The translations under genes and the position numbers were made by a program. A stretch of 64,000 nucleotides of DNA from Eutreptiella sp. 'Long Island Sound 2002' (taxonomy: Eukaryota; Protista; Euglenida). Below the pieces are notes generated by a model, which had not been told where the DNA came from, made no database searches, and worked only from the letters and a program-made list of their open reading frames with translations. Of this stretch, positions 1-12,475 are shown one piece after another (positions within the stretch are counted from its first letter, which is position 1; each line of letters begins with the position of its first letter). The DNA lies in assembly GCA_964036045.1 (NCBI GenBank), contig OZ038378.1, positions 74,152,001 through 74,216,000 on the forward strand, read 5' to 3'.

Positions 1-599
1 GTGGATGTTGGCGCCTCCCGCACATCCACCTCATCCAACCCTTTGACGACCCTGATGACACCCCCCTCCTTGTTAACCTCCGCACGGAGGCCAAATGCCT
101 GCGCGGCCGAGTGTGGGAGATCATTTTTAATGCCGATTTTCGTGACTCCCATAGGGAGCAGGTCGTTGGGGAGAGGGCCGCGGTTTATGCCACCCTAGCC
201 CAGCAGCACCTGCTGCTTCGGACATGAGAATTGTGCTTGCAACTGCTATTTGCATGGGTTATGAGGCCCTCCGGAACATGCTGAAATTTATGTACACATT
301 TTATTCCGTTACCCTGTCGACCAGCATCTTGGGGTGTCCTTCCATGTGAGCTTGCAAGTGCGTCGAAGGGCTGCCGGACGCAGCGCCAAAACCGGTTCCG
401 GCGGGGATTCCAGCGTTGAAAGGGTTTCTGGCGGGGAGGTTGCAGCTAGGGGATCCAGCACTAGAACCGGTTCCAGTGGAGGTTCTAGCGCAGTTCTATA
501 GGGTGTCTAGCAGGCCTTCATCGCCACATTATGCCCCACGGTTTTGTCAACAGCCAGCATGTCAGCTGCCAATACACAAGTTCATCCATTCGTGGCATC

Positions 600-2230
600 A
601 TTACCACCCTTGAAGGGGTATGGGACACTCGTAGGGCGATAGGCACAAGACCGCAGGCCCCTTATCCAAAGGATATGTGCCGCCCTACTAGTGGACAACA
701 GAATCAAGGTGCTGGACACCCCTGGAGGGATTTTTCTAAGGGTGGCGAGCAGTTCGGGGGACCCCGCTCTACGACGCGCCATTGGGGTGTGGAAGTGCGT
801 GAGGCGGCTATGGTCATCCATCCGCCAAATGTACAAGCTGCCGTGGATTGCACAAAGGAACACCTAGACCGTGCGCGGGCAGCCTTGACGCCGTATTCGG
901 CAACAACATGGATGCTGAGCGGTGGAACTTGCATGAACGGAGTGCGGCGACACATACACTTGACGATGTGGTGTACACGCAGCTTCGTCTAGCCCGGGAG
1001 GCAGAAGATTTAAGGGCGGCCACCCAAAGAAAAATTGGTCGTGTGTTGCCCGGATGCCACACCCCTGTGGCGGACATGAGTCACGAAGTGGGACTTGTTT
1101 GTCCATTTTTGGGGTGATGGGATTTGGGCTGCTAATAGTATCCACCGTTGGGCCATGTGGTTTTGCCTACATGGCCCAGATGACGGGGCTTGCCTTGTCA
1201 CTATTGACTTGGAGGCCAAACTCAGTCACCAAGTGCATCACCTTCAAGGTTGATGCACATATTATATAGAGGGTGCACGGAAGGAGTTTGAGTGCATACT
1301 TACGGATGATGGCCAGCTCTTGAGTGTTACAAACGGGGGAGGCAAATATTGGGACGGATGTAGGGACTGCAAGGGACTTCACCTTGTAGACGAACGACCC
1401 ACGGAGGTACAATGGGGCGCTCTTTTAAGGGACATCGAGGGTAGAGTGGGGGGCGTGGAGCACGGCATGTGCGGTTTTGTGAACATGTTCAAGACACGGC
1501 TCACAAGCAGCCTTGTGGACTGGGTGTAAGGTGTTCCAAGTATTAGCAATTTTATGGCCAGCTTGGTAGATATTTGGGATGATTTGCAAGATGACGCAAA
1601 AAGCATCCCGGTTGCAGTGCGCTTGTTCCAAAAGTGAACAAAGGGAGGCTAGTTTGATATATGTACCAGCAAGCCTCTCTTGCAGAAGCATGCATATGCG
1701 ACCCGCCTAGTGGCTGCTTTATTGCAGCATTTGCCGAAGCGGCAGGGCGGAGGGGGGGTCGTTGTGGATATGTGGCTGCGCAATTTCACAAGTGGTTTGT
1801 GGAAGGAGTGTGTGCCACTAACGGCTGCACAAAGCAGTGCTGCTCGGGCACACACTGCCAAGATTGGGGAGTGTTTGGTTAAGATGGGGTGGGAGTCCTC
1901 CCCTTGGGTTCATTTGGTGTCACTCTGCTGCCCTGCTCAAGGTGTATGGGGCATTGTACATTGTTAGTAGCATACCTTTTGAGCACCGCAACAAACCCTT
2001 TAAGGTGGCGTTGAAGCACATTTTCCGGCGCTGGTGCCTTCAACGGCCCCGTATGCGCCTCCGTGGGTGGGGACATGTTATGGGATGGAGGCCTTGGATA
2101 TTTGCCTCCGCTGGCAAGCCGCATGCAACGATCTCAACAGTGTGAGGCCATACGGGACAAAAGACAACGGCACTGCCCCTTGTAAAATGATGGAGTCCTA
2201 TGTTTGCTTGCCCGGTGTTTCTGCGGGGTA
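600..2230 (+). pseudogene. Possible heavily decayed non-LTR retrotransposon RT C-terminal half
   Basis: Fragments in shifting frames loosely resemble RT4 (RVASSSGDP), the RT5-6 region (VQAAVDCTKEHLDRARAAL) and a thumb-like motif ILYRGCTEG at ~1260. There are many stops and no intact YxDD. Confidence 0.3.
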
Positions 2231-2948
2231 GTGAGGTAGGATTGGGCACACCCCCGAAGCGCTAGAACCTCCCCCAGAACCCCCGGCGGAACCAGTTCTA
2301 GCGCTAGAACCCCCGCCAGAACCCTGCCAGAACTGCTTGCGGCGGAAAAGGGGGAATTGCAAATGGCCTTCCTCGGGGTCAATTTTGTCAAATAACTTCA
2401 GATGCCAGCATTTCACACACAAGGAAGGATTTTCGACCCCCCAGATAGGGGGTTTGAACCCGTTACCCCCAGGTCCCAAAAACCCACCGGAACCCCAGCT
2501 ATGGGTATAGTCACCAAATGGGCTATCACACTTCAGACTGCAGACTTTTATGAACCATCACCCTCAACCCCTCACCCCCCCCTCCCTCGATGTTGGGTAT
2601 TCCCCCCCCCCTTTGAGAGCAGACTTTTGCTCCCTGACGCGTTTGCATGCCCTCCCCCTGTATCACACTTTGTTCTGGAAAATGGGAAACTGGGAAACTT
2701 ATGACATAGAAAACTCCCCCCTCGCAGTATTATACTTCTCCCACTGTCACCCACCAAAGTAGACCGGGAAATTGAGGGCATTCGGGCCAGAACGGGGAAA
2801 GCTGGGAAATGGAACCCCCCCCCCCCTCTCAGTACCTGTAGTCTAAGACCGGGGAATGGAGGGCATACCGGCGAGAATGGGGAAAGCTGGGAAATGGAAC
2901 CCCCCCCCCTGTCAATAGCTGCAGTCTAAATGTTTCTGCCGCCGTTTC

Positions 2949-3400
2949 AATTTGATTATGCAGAACACCCTGGAGGTGTTTTGGTTGTTTGTGGTCTAGG
3001 CCTTGGGGCCTACGACCATACACCCCTTCAGTGATGAACATGCTGACTACGGCTGCGAAGGGGTTTGGACATGTTTGTTTTTGCATCCGATCAGAATGTG
3101 CTCACAATTTGATTTTGCGGAACATCCTCGAGGTGTTTTGGTTGGTCATGGTCTAGTCCTTGGCGCCTACGACCATATACACCTTCAGTGATGAATACGC
3201 TGACAACAACTAAGAAGGGGTTTTGACATGTTTGTTTTTGCATCCGATCAAAATGTGCTCACAATTTGATTATGCAGAACATTCTCGAGGTGTTTTGGTT
3301 GTGTGTGGTCTAGGCCTTGGCGCCTATGACCGTATACCCCTTCAGTGATGAACATGCTGACAACAACTCAGAAGGGGTTTTGACATGCTCGCTTTTCAAT
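2949..3400. repeat. 157-bp tandem repeat, ~3 copies; partial copy at ~4725-4790
   Basis: tttgatt(a/t)tgc(a/g)gaaca...ggtctag(g/t)ccttgg...ttcagtgatgaa...gaaggggttt recurs at 2951, 3108 and 3265 (period 157). It sits in a composite degenerate repeat zone spanning ~2650-4790. Confidence 0.9.
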
Positions 3401-4790
3401 CCAATTAGAATTTGCAGCCCACGAGCCCCTTCAATGACGCTGCATCTAGCATGACACAATGCTTTGCCACGCGTGGGTCACTGTAAGGACCCCTGCAGGG
3501 ACCTTTTTCTTAGGACTTGTTTTTTGCGGACAGAGCTTAGGAAAAGGGAAAAAACTTTGCAGCCGAGGAAAGGGACACATTCCTCTGTGCTGCTGCCTCC
3601 ATCACGCAACCTGTCATGTCCGAACAAATGCGCACCATGTCCTCCAATTGTCAACAACCATTTTGAAAACCCTTGTTTGTCAATGTCCTGTGCAACCAAC
3701 ATACAGCCGAGGGGCTTTGTAGTTGTATTTGAATTTCTTTTGGCATTGTGTGATGTTTTCTTCCCAACCCTCCTACTTACCCTTCAAGCATGCTTGCAAT
3801 CCGCTGAACTTTGCACCCCTCATGGTTTGTGTTTATTTGCAGGAAGTATGGAAAAGGATCTGGCAAGGACCATATACAGAGAAACCACACCCCTACGCAT
3901 GCTCTGTTTTGCTGTGCTTCCCATGTTTACATGCTTTGCCTCCCTTTGTGCTCTTTTGCCGGGTCGTATGGAAAAGCATTCGCAAAATACTACAAAGTAG
4001 GGAAACCACTGCCCTCCCCCTTACCTTGTGCATCAACATATGGAAAAGCGTGCCCCCCCTCCTCATATGTCATGTGTCATGTGGGCTACCATTTGTTTGA
4101 TGTTTGCGTAGTTACCATGACCCTTCTATTTGTCAACCCGAATTCTATCGGAACGATTTGTGTGACTGTAGGTAACATGTACGTGTCATGTATCCACCAT
4201 TGTGGTCCTCTTTGCAACCCCTTCAGTGATGATTTCATTCAATTGTGCACCTTGTGGGGTTGCTCTACTGATGTTGGGTTTGAGGTGTGCCACAAACCCT
4301 TGCAGGGATCTTTTTCTTAGGACCTGCTTGGTGTCGCGAGAGACTTTGAAAAACAGCACCGTTTTGTGCACTGAGAACTGCCCAGGCCACCATAGCAGCG
4401 GGTGTGCCATTAGCAGGGAGAAAGGTCCTCTCTCCCTGGCAGCCTCTCCGTGCCTCAGAGCGGCAGCCCCAAAATGCCATGGGCACCCACAGGGAGTCCC
4501 CGAGTGGTCCAGACCACTCCCAATAGGGTGTATCCGACTTTAAGCTCCAAAACAAGACATCTGAGAAGGGGTTTTGCTATGTGTCACATTCTCCTTGTAC
4601 CTATGTCCCTTCGGTGCTTATCTCTCCTTTGTTGTGCATGTCTCTCCTGACACAAAGGGAAATGAAATGTTGCACCCCCCCCCCCCTCTTTGAACCTGAA
4701 GTTTGAACTTTTGGGCTATCGTTTGAATGCAGAACACCCTTGACGAGTTTAGGTTGTCTATGGTCTAGGCCTTGGCGCCTTTGACCATAT

Positions 4791-4825
4791 TGAGGTGAGG
4801 AAGTGAGTCAAGGGTCTAGACCGTC
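4791..4825 (+). other. 35-nt boundary motif, copy 1 (TGAGGTGAGGAAGTG-N6-GGGTCTAGACCGTC)
   Basis: 31/35 identical to 5855-5889. It truncates a 157-bp repeat copy and contains the perfect palindrome GGTCTAGACC. Confidence 0.75.
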
Positions 4826-5854
4826 GCGGCACCCGTGGCCCTCTGTTTTCAGCTTGCCATGTCGTCTAGCCCCCTTAGCCTGGCCTCTTCTATCCCCTCC
4901 GGCCCTTCCTTCCCGGAATGCGGCTTCGGGGATCTGGCAGAGCTCCTGCGGTTTGGGGACCAACCCCCATCGCCACCGTGGGACACTGATCCCGAGAAGT
5001 GTCTCAGCGAACTGGCCTCGCCCCAGCCTCCATTGCTGACACCGCCCCACTCTCCCCCTTAATCAAGCCGTGCACCAACAACCTCTCCAGCACCAGTAAG
5101 TCCTCCGCCCAGACCACACGTTAGCTCAACTCCATACCAAGTAGCCCTAGAAGCCGTGTAGGATGCCCTGATGTGCAGTGCCGTGCCACCACCATCCCCC
5201 CCACAACCCCCCAAGTACGTACCCAAAGACCCCCCCAACCCCCCCAAACCCACTGTTCACAGGCCATACAGTGCCAAAACTTTGCAGCTCATCCGGGAGA
5301 ATCACGGGGATGGGGTTCAGTAATTCGTAGACGGGGTGCTCAACCGCCGAGCGATGTACCGGTTTGCGGTTCAGGGGCCCAAGACAAACCCCCTACGGGC
5401 GTGGCAGGAGGGCATGCGAATTAGCCGTTCGCATTTCCTCAGCATTGGCGAAGAGCATGCAGCAGGGGTGCTTGAAATCCTCTGTGCTACCCCAAAAACT
5501 CCCCGTATGCCCAAGCCGGCCCCAGAACTTGTGCCTCGTCGGCCACTGCCCCCTCGAGCGAGTGATCAGGTGACACTGACCCAGTATAGCAGGCACCGCC
5601 GTTCCTCACTCGTCCCACTGGCACCGTCCCAAAGCGGCCACGCCCCACCCCGCAGTATGGTTCATTGCTCAAGCGGCGAGCGTCTCACTCCGCCCCACCA
5701 CCAGAGAGGGCGCAATTTGGGTCAATGCTCCCTGCGCAAGCCCCCCAGCAGCGACCCCGGACTTCGGCGAGACGTTCCACTTTCAACCTCTTCGGCAAGT
5801 GTGCACCGAGCATCTCTTACACATAGGGCACTCTTTTATTTTCAACCTCCCCCT

Positions 5855-5889
5855 TGAGGTGAGGAAGTGCATCTGGGGTCTAGACCGTC
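5855..5889 (+). other. 35-nt boundary motif, copy 2
   Basis: Direct repeat of 4791-4825, lying immediately upstream of the 88-bp array. Confidence 0.75.
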
Positions 5890-5934
5890 CCGCCTCTCAC
5901 CCACACATTTGAGTTGGGACTGCCCCAACACCCA

Positions 5935-6450
5935 CGCGTTCATCTCCCACCCCCTACGGTCCGCCTAGCCGCAGGAGTTGCACCTCGGTCCCCGGCCACA
6001 GTGCCCCGACCAGGGCCGTCATTCATCCCCCAAGGGACCTACTGCGGGCCGCCGAGCCGCAGGAGATCGCCCTCGGTCCCCGGCCACAGCGCCCCGAGCA
6101 GGGTCGTCGTTCATCCCCCGAGCCACCTACTGCGGGCCGCCGAGCCGCAGGAGTTCGCCTTCGGTCCCCGGCCACGGCGCCCCGATCAAGGTGGTCGTTC
6201 ATCCCCCAACCCACCCACTGCGGGCCGCCCAGCCGCAGGCGTTCGCCCTCGCTCCCCGGCCACAGTGCCCCGACCAGGGTCGTCGTTCACCTCTGTACCC
6301 ACCTACTGAGGGCCGCCGAGCCGCAGGAGTTCGCCCTCGGTCCCCGGCCACAGCGCCCGGACGAGGGTCGTTCTTCAACCCCCAACCCACCTACTGCAAG
6401 CCGCCGAGCCACAGAAGTTCGCCCTCGGTCCCCGGCCACATCGCCCCGAC
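5935..6450. repeat. 88-bp GC-rich tandem repeat, ~6 copies
   Basis: The (g/a)cag(g/a)(a/c) marker falls at 5971, 6059, 6147, 6235, 6323 and 6411, an exact period of 88. Confidence 0.95.
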
Positions 6451-6471
6451 CTGGACAACATGCCCAGCGCC

Positions 6472-6575
6472 AAAGGCGAAGGCAACGGTCAAGGCCCTCA
6501 GCAAGGCAAAGGCCAAGGCCCTCAGCAAGGCAAAGGCCAAGCCCCTCAACAACGCAAAGGCCAAGGCCCTCCGTA
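6472..6575 (+). repeat. 24-bp repeat encoding KAKAKALS-like units (~4 copies)
   Basis: caaggcaaaggccaaggccctcag is repeated and reads KAKAKALS in the 5978..6832 frame. Confidence 0.8.
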
Positions 6576-6618
6576 AGCCAAAGACAAGGCCCGGACCTTT
6601 GCTAAAACCCTTGCACAC

Positions 6619-8870
6619 GTGGACTACGACATCGACACGAGCTCAACAGAGGGATTCACCACCCGGTGGGACGATCACGACACATATGTCCAGAAGGCAT
6701 CCCTTGTGCACACTCTCCACGAGTGTGCCGCCTCCCGGAAGTGGGCATGGGAGCAAGGCGCCGCGAGGTGGCTATGGTCTGAGAAGACACAGCGGCAGAA
6801 AGAGGACAAGAATGGTAACATGGTGCTCATAACAAAACGGGTTGCTGAGATTGAAGTTTGGGGCAACTATGATCTGCCCGTTCCGGTCGTTGCGTGAGGA
6901 GATACGGACGGGGAAGGCATGGAACACGTTGCTCAATGCCACTCGGCAAGAACCACATGTGGCTGCTAGCCTCCCTACCGAGGACCAGCAGAGCCTATGC
7001 CACCTTATGGCGCATCACAACCTTAACCCCTCCCAAGCCTTGGCTGGTCGGCAATGTCTGGATGAGGGTGCTATTGTCTCCTCCATGACTTATGGAGCCG
7101 GCACAGGGAAGTCGGAGACCGGTTGCTTGCATCAAGGCAGTGATATGGGAGCAGGGGCACTTTGACCCATGCATCCCGAATCCGAAGAAGCCAGATTTGA
7201 TACAAACTGGCAAGAAGGGGGGGGGGGGGGGCACCTGACGACCCCCCCCCCCCCCGGGCATGCATCTTAGTCACTGCCCCGACAAATGCACAGGTTGACA
7301 ACCTAATGCGGCGGGTGATCCAGTCGGCTGAAGAGGATCCTACCTTCACACAAGAAGTTCTGAAGAATCATCCGGCGCCCTAGATGCGGACACGTGCTGC
7401 AAGGGGCCACCCCCCCCCCCCCCCGATTTGCGTGCGTACAACCAGCCAACAGTTCAAGAGATGCTGGCCAATCATCTGGAGTGCAATGGCAAATTTGCAT
7501 GTGCCCTCAACAGCTGCCGTGTGGTCTTTGCAACAGCAGGGATGGTTGCCACAAGGCGAAGGTTTCTGTTGGGGGGGCCCCCAGCAGGCCACAAACTTGG
7601 TTTGCATTCAACTTCGTGGATGAGTCCTCGAGGCATAGCATCCCAGTGGGTCTGGACTTGGCCGCTTTTGGGGCACAGTGCATGTTTTGTGGCGATGCCG
7701 GTCAACTGCACCCATACAGTGCCATCACTCTTTTGGCAATGCAGTACAGTAAGGTGTCGTCTAACCCAATTGCTTGGCCACAGAAAGAGCATTTTGTTAA
7801 CCTCGATGTGGACATTGACCAGGGACGACGGATGCAATATGGTGACTCACCGCGCTTGGCCACAAGTAGTGTGTTGCAGTTCGTTCTGTACCGTACAAGG
7901 TGTACAGCCTGTGTTTTAACCCAACAGTTCCGCATGGACCTGCCATTGGCAATGGTGGTGCGTGGATTGTTCACTAAGGGGTCATTGCGTTCGTACCCCC
8001 CTTTCTCCCCAGCATTACCCCCCCCCCCCCCGCATAGTCAGCACAAGTAATGTGGAGTGGAAATGTGAGCTGACACGGTATGGGATGTCAGAGGAGCGGG
8101 TGCAGGTCCTCAAGTGGGAGATTATGGGGCCCCCTTGTCATGGACGACGAGATGCTCTGCCAAGGGAACGTGAGCAAGGACTAGGTGTGGCTTGTGCTGC
8201 ACTTTTCCGTAGGATGCACACACTGCACAAGCGTACCCCCCACCCAGTGGCAATCGTCACCACACACTATGCACAGATGCTATGGGTGCGGCACGGTGTG
8301 TGGGAAGCAGGGCGCAGACTGCATGGGGAGCAGGCATATGAGTGTGTGCAGGTAATCGCCACCCCGGACCGATACCAGGGTTTGCGGGCCCCGGTTGTCC
8401 TTCCCTTAATGGTGTCCTGGGACCCGGCGATCATGAAGGACGTGGTGCGGGCAAACACACTAACCCGCAGGGCCCAATCGGAGCTCCATCTTTTTGGGCC
8501 CTTTCTGAATTGGGATGAGTTCCCCCACACTGTTGGTTGGCCGAGTGGGTTGCGGTTGATGGCTGACCAACTGCAGCAAGGAGCATCCCAGGAGGAACTA
8601 CAGCAGGTGTGGTTTCCAGGGGTTCTGCACCAACTGCCTACCCTTGCCAAACCACAGGCAGGTGTAATTTACAAGTTTAGGGGAGGGGGGGTTGGGGGTG
8701 GTGATGGAGTGGCTTTGGAAGCCCTGGAAGAGGCACGCAAAGAGACTCGACCCTTGGGGATCCCCCCCTCCCTCAAAGTGACCAATTGTTGGATTCGGAG
8801 CGAATCATGGCCAACAAGAGGGCTGAGACATTGGAGATGCGGATGCGCCTTGAAACGCGGGAAGTGAAAT
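6619..8870 (+). pseudogene. Frameshifted Upf1/DNA2/SEN1-like superfamily-1 helicase
   Basis: Motifs occur in the correct order: Walker A GAGTGKS (7094-7114), VVFATAG, Walker B FVDESS (DE 7619-7624), motif III GDAGQLHP (~7691), LTQQFRM (~7916-7936), AIVTTHYAQ, ATPDRYQG (motif V) and RANTLTRRAQSELHLFG (motif VI). They are split over several frames. Confidence 0.85.
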
Positions 8871-9387
8871 CAATGCACCTCGGGGTGACCCTGCCAGGTT
8901 TCACGCAGTGGGCATTCCCCTACATCCTCATCAACGATGGGGAAACGAATTGGGCAGCGTCGCATGACATTGAGGAGTTGGTGGGAGTGTGCCACACAGA
9001 CGAATTGCAGGAATTCGAGAGGAGGCCTGTACAGTTTGTGATCACCAAACCCCTCCAGAATGCCCAAACGTATCCCCACCCCCCCCCCGCCCCCGGTCAG
9101 CTGCCTACCACACTGTGTCCCTGCCTGTGTGGCAAGATGGCTATAGGCACTTGGATACTGTAGCCTTCCTCGAGGATGACTTCTGCACACCCTTGGGGGT
9201 GTATGTCACATCTTTGCTGCATGGGGTGAGAGAGCGCGAGGGGGGGGGGGGGGGGATGTGTCTGCCCCACATGCTGTTCACCATGGACATACCCTGCAGT
9301 GTGCTTGGACGGCATTGTCGGGTCGTGTGAAGCGGTATGTCCTTGGCCAGGTTGCAGTGAAAGACGAGCCTCCATCAACTGGCATTC

Positions 9388-9405
9388 AAATCTCAAAGAA
9401 AAAAC
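9388..9405 (+). repeat. Left target-site duplication of LINE
   Basis: aaatctcaaagaaaaaac; 17/18 match to 17124-17141. Confidence 0.8.
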
Positions 9406-9406
9406 T

Positions 9407-11949
9407 ATGAACGAAATACATCCGGACTGCACACCGACAATCACGAACCATGGGCTTTAGATGAAACCCCCCCGGGCACCCACGAGGCAAACTCACACCC
9501 CCCACTAGAGGACAACACGACACAGGAACTTCCTCGGAATGGAGAGCCTAACACACCCTCCGATCACCACAGAGGGGTTTAACTACTCCCCCCCGCCCCC
9601 CCCATGAGGACACAGAGGCATACACATTCCACAAAGACGACAACGACCCCCTAGATGAACTCCCCATACATACACCAACGGAGTACCAGCGCATAGAAGA
9701 GTTTGTGAAACTCAATACGGGAACACCACAACAACCGATGGCAACGACAGAACAAGAAACATTGAAAGCATCGGTCATATAGGACGCACAAACCAGACTA
9801 AAAGTGTACTTAAAGAAAAACCCAAACCGTGCGGTAACCACAGAACACATCTGGCGGCAGACGCAAGACGGGGCATGGTATGACAGGGCTACCTACCAAC
9901 TACCCCTGTTTGCGCAACGCACGCTGCTCAACGTCATGACGGTGATACACGAGGCAGACTCCGACGGCATACACACGGTACCGGAGATGGCGGAGGTAGA
10001 ACGGTACACAGTCCACACAGAAGGCGACCATGAGGGGAACTCACACATCCGGAACAAAACATACCTACTCCTACCACAAGCAACCGGAACTGGCCGCAAC
10101 CACCACCGACGGATGCAACGCGCGGCCATACAGACAGAATGGGGCGGAAGTGAGGACGAACGCGTCGACCAATTCTTGCGTGCCCTCAGCGACCCAGGGG
10201 CCAAGGAAGTGCTTGTGGCGTACAAAGCAGATCGGCAGGATACCACAGCCCTGCAGACTTACCACATGGACGGCGTGCATCGTGCACCGCTACGGAAGCT
10301 AGCCCGCTACGTAAGAGGTGTTTATGAATTCGATAAATTGCCGCACGCAAGTGGTCCCCGGAGCAAGAAAACTTAGTCGATCACCTACAACCCAAACCCA
10401 TCATGGTCCTGGACCTGGACAACACCATCAAGATGGGCCATGAGCCCGCACACAAAGCCTACACACTCACGAAGGGCACGCCACTGCAGGTGGGACTGGA
10501 AGACCGCACGGATACACTACTACCACAACCGGCCAAAACTACGGTAGTGGTGGAGTTCCCACCGGAAACTGGCATTAGGACGCGAGACGCATTTATGAAA
10601 CGGGTAAATGGACACCAGCTTGACGTCGCCTCCACCATAGCAAACAACGACCCACACAACACTTTCCGGTGGAAGTGTGCATCCGAACACGCCGCGGGAC
10701 AAAGCGGGTCACAGGCCTAGAGACTACACCTACCCATGCAACTACTGCCCAAACGGACGCAAGCACTACAAACAATGAACATGAAGAGGAAAACGCCGGA
10801 AACCCCGGACCCTACTGGCTCACTGAAACCGACTACGAAAGCCTATACATCCTTCGGCAACATTACACTGAACATAAGGAACACAAAATCACGTCGGTAG
10901 AGGAAATCCTGGACGACATAGACAGGGAACAACTGGAGCTGCGAAGGAGCATCGCCTCCTTCCTAAAAGGCTTCCAACCAGTCGACTCCTACCGCTTAAC
11001 AATACAGTTTCACCCAGACGCAGACCGACGCTTGATTGCCCAACTACTGAAGGGCATGGAAAGCTACGAGCTGGTTCACGTGATGACAAACGTCATAGTG
11101 AACCGAAGTCGCTCCAGGGACATCAAACGGCCACCCAAACCAACCAGATACGACACCACAACGGTGTTTGTAGGGTGGACACAGGGCGCAGGAGACGATA
11201 CGGCGAAGGTCGTAGCATTCTTCTTTGGATGTGGGAGCAGCCGGAAACCCGAACCCAACATGTGGAGTGACGCGGGCTGCACCTATGCCTCACTCCAGTA
11301 CCAACATGCCACGGTGGTGGCCCTCGGCGCCAGGCAATATATAGGAGTAGCACCCGGCGAATACATACACCTAACACTAGGAGACGATAAAACGGACACG
11401 CAGGTAACAAAATGCATTGACCAAATGCTCTCACAAAAGATGCCGCAGGAAACGGGCGACGACGCGGCATTCCGGAGACGCATGAAGGCAGGAAAACAGC
11501 TGGGCGCTGACATGATGACAGATTGGATCATCCGGGAAATCAACAACGAAAAGCAATTGCTCGCAGAACCCGAACCCATCAACGTGGCAGACTGGGACGA
11601 GGCCATCATGACCGAACTCGGCCAGACCAATGACGACATGACGCCAACACACCTCCAACCGCAACTGGACACGATGGATACGGATGCACACCTCGACAAA
11701 CAACCCAACGACACGGGCCTACCCATACCTGCACACCCACGACCGTCACACCAGGCACATAACACAAAGGCAAACAACAAAACACCACAAGAAAACCCCA
11801 CAAAGATGACACTGCCACCAAAAAAGAAGAAGGCGACACCGGCATCCCCACACCCCAACCAGAAAACGGACGGAACGGCCGCTTTCACCGCCGACACCAA
11901 ACACAAAGGAAAAGGGAAGGGGCCGTCACAGGGCATAGGAAAAAAGTGA
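9407..11949 (+). pseudogene. LINE ORF1-like region (broken into 9804-10376, 10403-10720, 10669-11949)
   Basis: Long, consistently biased ORFs lie upstream of the pol region. TTVFVGW...YASLQY is RRM-like (inference) and the C-terminus is Lys-rich. Confidence 0.6.
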
Positions 11950-12281
11950 GGTGCCTTTTCCTCATGCCCTTCATAGCCGTAATGGCCCTCCACCTCCTCT
12001 TGGTCCCCACCACACATATGGAAGGACCAGTACTCCTGCTCCCTTTAATTCGGAGAGTGCGGAGGCGTTATACCTTGCCACTTCGATACCGACACAACAA
12101 CAAGCAGGACCTTGCCCCTCACAACTAGCGTATGTGGCGCCCCTGCATGTTACTACTCTATATTGCCTGTTTCTTCCACACCCCGCCCGCTCCCAGCACA
12201 GGGGTACCAACCCGCTACTACCACGCACCGGTCCCCAGCACTACGGTCATCAACCCCCACAACACATGTTTCATCAACAGG

Positions 12282-12323
12282 TGGGTCCTCACATGTGGGG
12301 ACGTACACCCCAACCCAGGCCAC
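12282..12323 (+). other. 2A-like ribosome-skipping peptide (WVLTCGDVHPNPG) of LINE ORF2
   Basis: GDVHPNPG is at 12297-12320. Inserting one C gives NPG|P and joins the APE frame. Confidence 0.7.
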
Positions 12324-12475
12324 CGGAGGATATACCAGCTCCGGCGCGACTGCCGCCTTGTACCAGGACCCCCCCGTCCTTCTTCTGGACATAGAGGAAT
12401 ACACAGCACCTGGTGGTCAACACGAACCGACGGCACGACAACCTGGATAACATCACCAACGCACAAAACCGAGAC

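Noticed and set aside
5978-6460. Repetitive Pro/Arg-rich protein in ORFs 5914-6309 and 5978-6832
   Set aside because: The 88-bp period is not a multiple of 3, so the same unit is read in rotating frames. This indicates a DNA-level repeat, not a protein repeat.
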